DNA of 64,000 nt from Eledone cirrhosa (taxonomy: Eukaryota): positions 374,108,001 to 374,172,000 of the forward strand of contig OZ024741.1 in NCBI GenBank assembly GCA_964016885.1, in the 5' to 3' direction. The notes beneath the pieces were generated by a model. It did not search any database and was not told where the DNA came from. It saw nothing but the letters and a program-made list of their open reading frames with translations. Position 1 is the stretch's first letter. The number at the start of each line of letters is the position of its first letter. Shown here piece by piece: positions 45,001 to 55,763 of the stretch. The position numbers were made by a program, and so were the translations under genes.

Positions 45001-48000
45001 CATGTGACAAGTGATAAGACAGTGAGGACAATGAGGACCTTGCCTAGTGACAACTACATGTGACAAGTGAGAAGACAGTGAGGACAATGAGGACCTTGCC
45101 TAGGGACAACTACATGTGACAACTGAGAAGACAGTGAGGACAATGAGGACCTTGCCTAGTGACAACTACATGTGACAACTGAGAAGACAGTGAAGACAAT
45201 GAGGACCTTGCCTAGTGACAACTACATGTGACAACTGAGAAGACAGTGAGGACAATGAGGACCTTGCCTAGTGACAACTACATGTGACAAGTGAGAAGAC
45301 AGTGAGGACAATGAGGACCTTGCCTAGTGACAACTACATGTGACAACTGAGAAGACAGTGAAGACAATGAGGACCTTGCCTAGTGACAACTACATGTGAC
45401 AACTGAGAGGACAGTGAGGACAATGAGGACCTTGCCTAGTGACAACTACATGTGACAACTGAGAGGACAGTGAGGACAATGAGGACCTTGCCTAGTGACA
45501 ACTACATGTGACAACTGAGAAGACAGTGAAGACAATGAGGACCTTGCCTAGTGACAACTAAATGTGACAATTGAGAAGACAGTGAGGACAATGAGGACTT
45601 TGCCTAGTGACAACTACATCTGACAACTGAGAAGACAGTGAGGACAATGAGGAACTTGCCTAGTGACAACTACATGTGACAACTGAGAGGACAGAGGGGA
45701 CAATGAGGACCTTGCCTAGTGACAACTACATGTGACAACTGAGAAGACAGTGAAGACAATGAGGACCTTGCCTAGTGACAACTACATGTGACAACTGAGA
45801 AGACAGTGAAGACAATGAGGACCTTGCCTAGTGACAACTACATGTGACAACTGAGAAGACAGTGAGGACAATGAGGACCTTGCCTAGTGACAACTACATG
45901 TGACAACTGAGATGACAGTGAGGACAATGAGGACCTTGCCTAGTGACAACTACATGTGACAACTGAGAAGACAGTGAGGACAATGAGGACCTTGCCTAGT
46001 GACGACTACATGTGACAACTGAGAAGACAGTGAGGATAATGAGGACCTTGCCTAGTGACAACTACATGTGATGACAACTGAGAAGACAGTGAGGACAATG
46101 AGGACCTTGCCTAGTGACAACTACATGTGATGACAACTGAGAAGACAGTGAAGACAATGAGGACCTTGCCTAGTGACAACTACATCTGACAACTGAGAAG
46201 ACAGTGAAGACAATGAGGACCTTGCCTAGTGACAACTACATGTGACAACTGAGAATACAGTGAGGACAATGAGGACCTTGCCTAGTGACAACTACAAGTG
46301 ACAACTGAGAAGACAGTGAGGACAATGTGGACCTTGCCTAGTGAAAACTACATCTGACAACTGAGAAGACAGTGAGGACAATGAGGACCTTGCCTAGTGA
46401 CATCTACATGTGACAACTGAGAAGACAGTGAAGACAATGAAGACCTTGCCTAGTGACAACTACATGTGACAAGTGAGAAGACAGTGAGGACAATGAGGAC
46501 CTTGCCTAGTGACAACTACATGTGACAACTGAGAAGACAGTGAGGACAATGAGGACCTTGCCTAGTGACAACTACATGTGACAAGTGATAAGACAGTGAG
46601 GACAATGAGGACCTTGCCTAGTGACAACTACATGTGACAAGTGAGAAGACAGTGAGGACAATGAGGACCTTGCCTAGGGACAACTACATGTGACAACTGA
46701 GAAGACAGTGAGGACAATGAGGACCTTGCCTAGTGACAACTACATGTGACAACTGAGAAGACAGTGAAGACAATGAGGACCTTGCCTAGTGACAACTACA
46801 TGTGACAACTGAGAAGACAGTGAGGACAATGAGGACCTTGCCTAGTGACAACTACATGTGACAAGTGAGAAGACAGTGAGGACAATGAGGACCTTGCCTA
46901 GTGACAACTACATGTGACAACTGAGAAGACAGTGAGGACAATGAGGACCTTGCCTAGTGACAACTACATGTGACAAGTGAGAAGACAGTGAGGACAATGA
47001 GGACCTTGCCTAGTGACAACTACATGTGACAACTGAGAAGACAGTGAGGACAATGAGGACCTTGCCTAGTGACAACTACATGTGACAAGTGAGAAGACAG
47101 TGAGGACAATGAGGACCTTGCCTAGTGACAACTACATGTGACAACTGAGAAGACAGTGAGGACAATGTGGACCTTGCCTAGTGACAACTACATCTGACAA
47201 CTGAGAAGACAGTGAGGACAATGAGGACCTTGCCTAGTGACATCTACATGTGACAACTGAGAAGACAGTGAAGACAATGAAGACCTTGCCTAGTGACAAC
47301 TACATGTGACAAGTGAGAAGACAGTGAGGACAATGAGGACCTTGCCTAGTGACAACTACATGTGACAACTGAGAAGACAGTGAGGACAATGAGGACCTTG
47401 CCTAGTGACAACTACATGTGACAAGTGATAAGACAGTGAGGACAATGAGGACCTTGCCTAGTGACAACTACATGTGACAAGTGAGAAGACAGTGAGGACA
47501 ATGAGGACCTTGCCTAGGGACAACTACATGTGACAACTGAGAAGACAGTGAGGACAATGAGGACCTTGCCTAGTGACAACTACATGTGACAACTGAGAAG
47601 ACAGTGAAGACAATGAGGACCTTGCCTAGTGACAACTACATGTGACAACTGAGAAGACAGTGAGGACAATGAGGACCTTGCCTAGTGACAACTACATGTG
47701 ACAAGTGAGAAGACAGTGAGGACAATGAGGACCTTGCCTAGTGACAACTACATGTGACAACTGAGAAGACAGTGAGGACAATGAGGACCTTGCCTAGTGA
47801 CAACTACATGTGACAAGTGAGAAGACAGTGAGGACAATGAGGACCTTGCCTAGTGACAACTACATGTGACAACTGAGAAGACAGTGAGGACAATGAGGAC
47901 CTTGCCTAGTGACAACTACATGTGACAACTGAGAAGACAGTGAAGACAATGAGGACCTTGCCTAGTGACAACTACATGTGACAACTGAGAAGACAGTGAG

Positions 48001-51000
48001 GACAATGAGGACCTTGCCTAGGGACAACTACATGTGACAACTGAGAAGACAGTGAGGACAATGAGGACCTTGCCTAGTGACGACTACATGTGACAACTGA
48101 GAAGACAGTGAGGACAATGAGGACCTTGCCTAGTGACAACTACATGTGACAAGTGAGAAGACAGTGAGGACAATGAGGACCTTGCCTAGTGACAACTACA
48201 TGTGACAACTGAGAAGACAGTGAGGACAATGAGGACCTTGCCTAGTGACAACTACATGTGACAACTGAGAAGACAGTGACGACAATGAGGACCTTGCCTA
48301 GTGACAACTACATGTGACAAGTGAGAAGACAGTGAGGACAATGAGGACCTTGCCTAGTGACAACTACATGTGACAACTGAGAGGACAGTGAGGACAGTGA
48401 GGACCTTGCCTAGTGACAACTACATGTGACAACTGAGAGGACAGTGAGGACAATGAGGACCTTGCCTAGTGACACGTACATGTGATGACAACTGAGAAGA
48501 CAGTGAAGACAATGAGGGCCTTGCCTAGTGACAACTACATGTGACAACTGAGAGGACAGTGAGGACAATGAGGACCTTGCCTAGTGACAACTACATGTGA
48601 CAACTGAGAGGACAGTGAGGACAATGAGGACCTTGCCTAGTGACACGTACATGTGATGACAACTGAGAAGACAGTGAAGACAATGAGGACCTTGCCTAGT
48701 GACAACTACATGTGACAACTGAGAGGACAATGAGGACAATGAGGACCTTGCCTAGTGACAACTACATGTAACAAGTGAGAAGACAGTGAGGACAATGAGG
48801 ACCTTGCCTAGTGACAACTACATGTGATGACAACTGAGAAGACAGTGAAGACAATGACGACCTTGCCTAGTGACAACTACATGTGACAACTGAGAAGACA
48901 GTGAAGACAATGAGGACCTTGCCTAGTGACAACTACATGTGACAACTGAGAAGACAGTGAGGACAATGAGGACCTTGCCTAGTGTCAACTACATGTGACA
49001 ACTGAGAGGACAGTGAGGACAATGAGGACCTTGCCTAGTGACAACTACATGTGACAACTGAGAGGACAGTGAGGACAATGAGGACCTTGCCTAGTGACAA
49101 CTACATGTGACAACTGAGAAGACAGTGAGGACAATGAGGTCCTTTCCTAGTGACAACTACATGTGACAACTGAGAAGACAGTGAGGACAATGAGGACCTT
49201 GCCTAGTGACAACTACATGTGACAACTGAGAGGACAGTGAGGACAATGAGGACCTTGCCTAGTGACAGCTACATGTGACAACTGAGAAGACAGTGAGGAA
49301 AATGAGGTCCTTTCCTAGTGACAACTACATGTGACAACTGAGAAGACAGTGAGGACAATGAGGACCTTGCCTAGTGACAACTACATGTGACAACTGAGAA
49401 GACAGTGAAGACAATGAGGAGCTTGCCTAGTGACAACTACATGTGACAACTGAGAGGACAGTGAAGACAATGAGGACCTTGCCTAGTGACAACTACATGT
49501 GACAATTGAGAAGACAGTGAGGACAATGAGGACCTTGCCTAGTGACAACTACATGTGACAACTGAGAAGACAGTGAAGACAATGAGGACCTTGCCTAGTG
49601 ACAACTACATGTGACAACTGAGAAGACAGTGAGGACAATGAGGACCTTGCCTAGTGACATCTACATGTGACAACTGAGAAGACAGTGAAGACAATGAGGA
49701 CCTTGCCTAGTGACAACTACATGTGACAACTGAGAAGACAGTGAAGACAATGAGGACCTTGCCTAGTGACAACTACATGTGACAACTGAGAAGACAGTGA
49801 GGACAATGAGGACCTTACCTAGTGACAACTACATGTGACAACTGAGAAGACAGTGAGGACAATGAGGACCTTGCCTAGTGACATCTACATGTGACAACTG
49901 AGAAGACAGTGAGGACAATGAGGACCTTGCCTAGTGACATCTACATGTGACAACTGAGAAGACAGTGAGGACAATGAGGACCTTGCCTAGTGACAACTAC
50001 ATGTGACAACTGAGAAGACAGTGAGGACAATGAGGACCTTGCCTAGTGGCATCTACATGTGACAACTGAGAAGACAGTGAGGACAATGAGCACCTTGCCT
50101 AGTGACAACTACATGTGACAAGTGAGAAGACAGTGAGGACAATGAGGACCTTGCCTAGTGACAACTACATGTGACAATTGAGAGGACAGTGAGGACAATG
50201 AGGACCTTGCCTAGTCCAACTACATGTGACAACTGAGAAGACAGTGAAGTCAATGAGGACCTTGCCTAGTGACAACTACATCTGACAACTGAGAACACAG
50301 TGAGGACAATGAGGACCTTGCCTAGTGACAAATACATGTGACAACTGAGAAGACAGTGAGGACAATGAGGACCTTGCCTAGTGACAACTACATGTGACAA
50401 CTGAGAAGACAGTGAGGACAATGAGGACCTTGCCTAGTGACAACTACATGTGACAACTGAGAAGACAGTGAAGACAATGAGGAGCTTGCCTAGTGACAAC
50501 TACATGTGACAACTGAGAAGACAGTGAGGACAATGAGGACCTTGCCTAGTGACAACTACATGTAACAAGTGAGAAGACAGTGAGGACAATGAGGACCTTG
50601 CCTAGTGGCAACTACATGTGACAACTGAGAAGACAGTGAAGACAACGAGGACCTTGCCTAGTGACAACTACATGTGACAACTGAGAAGACAGTGAAGACA
50701 ATGAGGACCTTGCCTAGTGTCAACTACATCTGACAACTGAGAAGACAGTGAGGACAATGAGGACCTTGCCTAGTGACAACTACATGTGACAACTGAGAAG
50801 ACAGTGAAGACAACGAGGACCTTGCCTAGTGACAACTACATGTGACAACTGAGAGGACAGTGAGGACAATGAGGACCTTGCCTAGTGACAACTACATGTG
50901 ACAACTGAGAAGACACTGAGGACAATGAGGACCTTGCCTAGTGACAACTACATGTGACAACTGAGAAGACAGTGAAGACAACGAGGACCTTGCCTAGTGA

Positions 51001-54000
51001 CAACTACATGTGACAACTGAGAAGACAGTGAAGACAATGAGGACCTTGCCAAGTGACAACTACATCTGACAACTGAGAAGACAGTGAGGACAATGAGGAC
51101 CTTGCCTAGTGACAACTACATGTGACAACTGAGAAGACAGTGAAGACAACGAGGACCTTGCCTAGTGACAACTACATGTGACAACTGAGAAGACAGTGAA
51201 GACAACGAGGACCTTGCCTAGTGACAACTACATGTGACAACTGAGAGGACAGTGAGGACAATGAGGACCTTGCCTAGTGACAACTACATGTTACAACTGA
51301 GAAGACAGTGAAGACAACGAGGACCTTGCCTAGTGACAACTACATGTGACAACTGAGAAGACAGTGAGGACAATGAGGACCTTGCCTAGTGACAACTACA
51401 TGTGACAACTGAGAAGACAGTGAGGACAATGAGGACCTTGCCTAGTGACAACTACATGTGACAACTGAGAGGACAGTGAGGACAATGAGGACCTTGCCTA
51501 GTGACAACTACATGCGACAACTGAGAAGACAGTGAGGACAATGAGGACCTTGCCTAGTGACAACTACATGTGACAACTGAGAGGACAGTGAGGACAATGA
51601 GGACCTTGCCTAGTGACAACTACATGTGACAACTGAGAGGACAGTGAGGACTATGAGGACCTTGCCTAGTGACAACTACATGTGACAACTGAGAAGACAG
51701 TGAGGACAATGAGGACCTTTCCTAGTGACAACTACATGTGACAACTGAGAGGACAGTGAGGACAATGAGGACGTTGCCTAGTGACAACTACATGTGACAA
51801 CTGAGAAGACAGTGAGGACAATGAGGACCTTGCCTAGTGACAACTACATGTGACAACTGAGAGGACAGAGGGGACAATGAGGACCTTGCCTAGTGACAAC
51901 TACATGTGACAACTGAGAAGACAGTGAGGACAATGAGGACCTTGCCTAGTGACAACTACATGTGACAACTGAGAAGACAGTGAAGACAATGAGGACCTTG
52001 CCTAGTGACAACTACATGTGACAACTGAGAAGACAGTGAAGACAATGAGGACCTTGCCTAGTGACAACTACATGTGACAACTGAGAGGACAGTGAGGACA
52101 ATGAGGACCTTGCCTAGTGACACGTACATGTGACAACTGAGAGGACAGTGAAGACAATGAGGACCTTGCCTAGTGACAACTACATGTGACAACTGAGAGG
52201 ACAGTGAAGACAATGAGGACCTTGCCTAGTGACAACTACATGTAACAACTGAGAAGACAGTGAGGACAATGAGGACCTTGCCTAGTGACAACTACATGTG
52301 ACAACTGAGAGGACAGTGAGGACAATGAGGACCTTGCCTAGTGACAACTCCATGTGACAACTGAGAGGACAGTGAGGACAATGAGGACCTTGCCTAGTGA
52401 CAACTACATGTGACAACTGAGAGGACAGTGAGGACAATGAGGACCTTGCCTAGTGACAACTACATGTGACAACTGAGAAGACAGTGAAGACAATGAGGAC
52501 CTTGCCTAGTGACAACTACATGTGACAACTGAGAGGACAGTGAGGACAATGAGGACCTTGCCTAGTGACAACTACATGTGACAACTGAGAAGACAGTGAA
52601 GACAATGAGGACCTTGCCTAGTGACAACTACATGTGACAACTGAGAAGTCAGTGAAGTCAATGAGGACCTTGCCTAGTGACAACTACATGTGATGACAAC
52701 TGAGAGGACAGTGAGGACAATGAGGACCTTGCCTAGTGACAACTACATGTGACAACTGAGAAGACAGTGAAGACAATGAGAACCTTGCCTAGTGACAACT
52801 ACATGTGACAACTGAGAGGACAGTGAGGACAATGAGGACCTTGCCTAGTGACAACTACATGTGACAACTGAGAAGACAGTGAAGACAATGAGGACCTTGC
52901 CTAGTGTCAACTACATGTGACAACTGAGAGGACAGTGAGGACAATGAGGACCTTGCCTAGTGACACGTACATGTGACAACTGAGAGGACAGTGAAGACAA
53001 TGAGGATTTTGCCTAGTGACAACTACATGTGACAACTGAGAGGACAGTGAAGACAATGAGGACCTTGCCTAGTGACAACTACATGTGACAACTGAGAGGA
53101 CAGTGAGGACAATGAGGACCTTGCCTAGTGACAACTACATGTGACAACTGAGAAGACAGTGAAGACAATGAGGACCTTGCCTAGTGACAACTACATGTGA
53201 CAACTGAGAAGACAGTGAGGACAATGAGGACCTTGCCTAGTGACAACTACATGTGACAACTGAGAAGACAGTGAAGTCAATGAGGACCTTGCCTAGTGAC
53301 AACTACATGTGATGACAACTGAGAGGACAGTGAGGACAATGAGGACCTTGCCTAGTGACAACTACATGTGACAACTGAGAAGACAGTGAGGACAATGAGG
53401 ACCTTGCCTAGTGACAACTACATGTGACAACTGAGAAGACAGTGAAGACAATGAGGACCTTGCCTAGTGACAACTACATGTGACAATTGAGAAGACAGTG
53501 AGGACAATTAGGACCTTGCCTAGTGACAACTACATGTGACAACTGAGAAGACAGTGAAGACAATGAGAACCTTGCCTAGTGACAACTACATGTGACAACT
53601 GAGAAGACAGTGAGGACAATGAGGACCTTGCCTAGTGACAACTACATGTGACAACTGAGAAGACAGTGAGGACAATGAGGACCTTGCCTAGTGACAACTA
53701 CATGTGACAACTGAGAAGACAGTGAAGATAATGAGGACCTTGCCTAGTGACAACTACATGTGACAACTGAGAAGACCGTGAAGACAATGAGGACCTTGCC
53801 TAGTGACAACTACATGTGATGACAACTGAGAAGACAGTGAAGATAATGAGGACCTTGCCTAGTGACAACTACATGTGACAACTGAGAAGACAGTGAAGAC
53901 AATGAGGACCTTGCCTAGTGACAACTACATGTGATGACAACTGAGAAGACAGTGAAGACAATGAGGACCTTGCCTAGTGACAACTACATGTGACAACTGA

Positions 54001-54142
54001 GAGGACAGTGAAGACAATGAGGACCTTGCATAGTGACAACTACATGTGATGACTGAGAGGACAGTGAGGACAATGAGGACCTTGCCTAGTGACAACTACA
54101 TGTGACAACTGAGAAGACAGTGAGGACAATGAGGACCTTGCC
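1..54142. repeat. Tandem satellite array, 56-bp monomer GCCTAGTGACAACTACATGTGACAACTGAGAAGACAGTGAGGACAATGAGGACCTT, about 960 copies, open at the left window edge
   Basis: The period is read directly (GCCTAG at 1 and 57). All copies are head-to-tail in one orientation with few variants each. Recurrent variants are AAG/AGG, GAGGAC/GAAGAC, CAACTG/CAAGTG, +GAT, and +9-bp and +13-bp internal duplications. The last monomer ends ...CCTTGCC at 54142. The ORF track has no ORF here. Confidence 0.99.
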
Positions 54143-54311
54143 GACACTGAATTCCTGAAAACAGAGCAACACTACCTGGATCTGTTTCAGTTAAATGATA
54201 ATGAAGAATGATTCCTAGGTTAGTGAACATTCCTTATTGCACACCCACAAAACAAACAAGGAAAAAGTAAAATAAAAAGAAACTGCCCGGTATACACGGA
54301 AGAATACAGTA
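54143..54311 (+). mobile_element. Putative 3' end of a Tc2/pogo-type (Tc1/mariner superfamily) DNA transposon: degenerate acidic transposase C-terminus, 3' terminal repeat and TA
   Basis: The frame continuing from the last monomer reads EDNEDLA-DTEFLKTEQHYLDLFQLNDNEE*FLG**. 54291-54309 TATACACGGAAGAATACAG is followed by TA. Its reverse complement, TA|CTGTATTCTTCCGTGTATA, resembles the TA|CCGTATT... ends of Tc2/pogo elements (from recall). The 5' end is not in the window. Confidence 0.55.
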
Positions 54312-54681
54312 GTTTAAGAATTAGCTTGGTTTGACTTTCTCCTGTACTTTGCCTCAGTATTTTTGCCCAAATATTTTGATGAACTCCGTAGTCAGAAAAA
54401 ATAGTGGAGCTCTAGTTGCCTTGGTAATACTTTTTCAAGACGAAAATATCCCAGTGGAAACGCCCGCTTATTTCTGTTATGAAGAAGGACTGCTTTCAAA
54501 CTGACTTTTGAGGAATCGATGAGAAATCGCCACTCATCTACGTTATACTAACGATTAAGACACCCCATTATAGATTTAACGACTAAGTAAATACATCTTC
54601 ATGGGAGAACCATTCTTTGACATCACCATATTAGATTATCACATTCATTGCAGAAGAGATTAGAATAATTCAGTCAGGTTT

Positions 54682-55048
54682 GCGAGTATAACAACATATG
54701 TACCCGAGCGAGTATAACAACATATGTACCCGAGCGAGTATAACAACATATGTACCCGAGCGAGTATAACAACATATGTACCCGAGCGAGTATGACAACA
54801 TATGTACCCGAGCGAGTATGACAACATATGTACCCGAGCGAGTATGACAAAATATGTACCCGAGCGAGTATGACAACATATGTACCCGAGCGAGTATGAC
54901 AAAATATGTACCCGAGCGGATATGACAACATATGTACCCGAGCGAGTATGACAACATATGTACCCGAGCGAGTATGACAAAATATGTACCCGAAATAGTA
55001 TGACAACATATGTACCCGAGTGAGTATGACAACATGTGTACCCGAGTA
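54682..55048. repeat. 26-bp minisatellite GCGAGTATGACAACATATGTACCCGA, about 14 copies
   Basis: Units start at 54682, 54708, 54734 and so on. The first four carry TATAAC and later ones TATGAC. The array explains the three repetitive minus-strand ORFs at 54660-55081. Confidence 0.97.
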
Positions 55049-55090
55049 CAACATTAGTGTCAAATCAACGAGGTAGCACACATTATTAAA

Positions 55091-55280
55091 TGGTGGGTTG
55101 GCAGTATCGGTAGAGAGTCGGACACCATGCTTTGAAGCATAGAGTTACGTCCCTTTATGATCTGAGTTCAAATCCCGCCGAGGTTAACGTTGCCTTTCAT
55201 CCTTACGGGGTCGATAAAATAAAGTACCAGTAATGTACTGAGTATTTGCTGCCTTGTGCCAAAAATAGAAACAATTATTA
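55091..55280 (+). mobile_element. tRNA-derived SINE (octopus-type, Meta/MESC-like central domain), internally deleted near the 3' end
   Basis: It has an A-box-like TGGCAGTATCGG, a B-box-like GAGTTCAAATCC and the core GCCTTTCATCC...GGGGTCGATAAAATAAAGTACCAG. It is homologous to many copies at 60.4-64 kb. Confidence 0.85.
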
Positions 55281-55481
55281 ACACTGAGGCAAAGCGGTTT
55301 AGAACTGCTCAACACATAAACATTAGATTCCCATCTGAACAGGTCTAAACATGTTTAACCTTCACGATGTGCGACTTTAACTAGATTTATCCAGCCAGAG
55401 AATATTCTCCCCAAATGAATAAATTGTAATAATTTTACAAAACATTTAATACATCTATATTAATTAAAATATATTAGGTAA

Positions 55482-55751
55482 TGTGGGTATGGTGTGGTGT
55501 GCGGTGGCCGGAAGCTGGGGAGTGTTCGACCGGAAGAGTGCTTGGCCGGATGGGTGCTTGGCCGGAAGGCTGCTCGACCGGAAGGGCTAGCAGATCGGTC
55601 TCTCTCTAGTGGTGATCAGGAACGGTGTGGACGCGAGTTTGGCAGCTCCTGGGTGTTAATGAGTTGGACGCACGTCGAAGAGGAGAAGCCAGCCATGGGA
55701 TTTAGCGGCGCCTATGAAAAGCGGTAAGTGAAATAGCTTTTTCTAACCACA
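55482..55751 (+). repeat. 5' LTR (270 bp)
   Basis: It begins with TG right after the target-site duplication, ends ...AACCACA and aligns without gaps to 59368-59637. Confidence 0.95.
55508..55584 (+). promoter_or_regulatory. Cluster of five CCGGA(A/T)G ETS-like cores in the LTR (candidate U3 enhancer)
   Basis: Cores are at 55508, 55530, 55546, 55562 and 55578, the last four at exact 16-bp spacing. Function is inferred from the motif only. Confidence 0.45.
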
Positions 55752-55763
55752 AGCTATTTCGGC
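55752..55763 (+). other. Non-canonical primer-binding site AGCTATTTCGGC
   Basis: It directly abuts the 5' LTR and lacks the TGG of a canonical PBS. It is the exact reverse complement of GCCGAAATAGCT (5' end of metazoan tRNA-Phe GAA, from recall) and is partly complementary to LTR 55727-55738. Confidence 0.6.

Noticed and set aside
1-54142. CRISPR-like array
   Set aside because: There are no unique spacers. The whole 56-bp unit repeats, no cas genes are present and the context is eukaryotic.
1-54142. Giant repetitive protein-coding exon
   Set aside because: 56 is not a multiple of 3, each unit carries multiple TGA/TAG, and the ORF track has nothing on either strand. Only a coding ancestry is proposed.
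54210-54226. Splice donor-like AG|GTTAGT suggesting a host exon
   Set aside because: There is no supported upstream acceptor or exon, and the region is better explained as a transposon end.
54660-55081. Three Cys/His-containing repeat ORFs on the minus strand
   Set aside because: They are three frames of the same stop-free 26-bp minisatellite and show no domain or gene structure.
55494-55727. 77-aa ORF and its twin at 59182-59613
   Set aside because: These are chance open frames in the GC-rich LTRs, duplicated only because the LTRs are.
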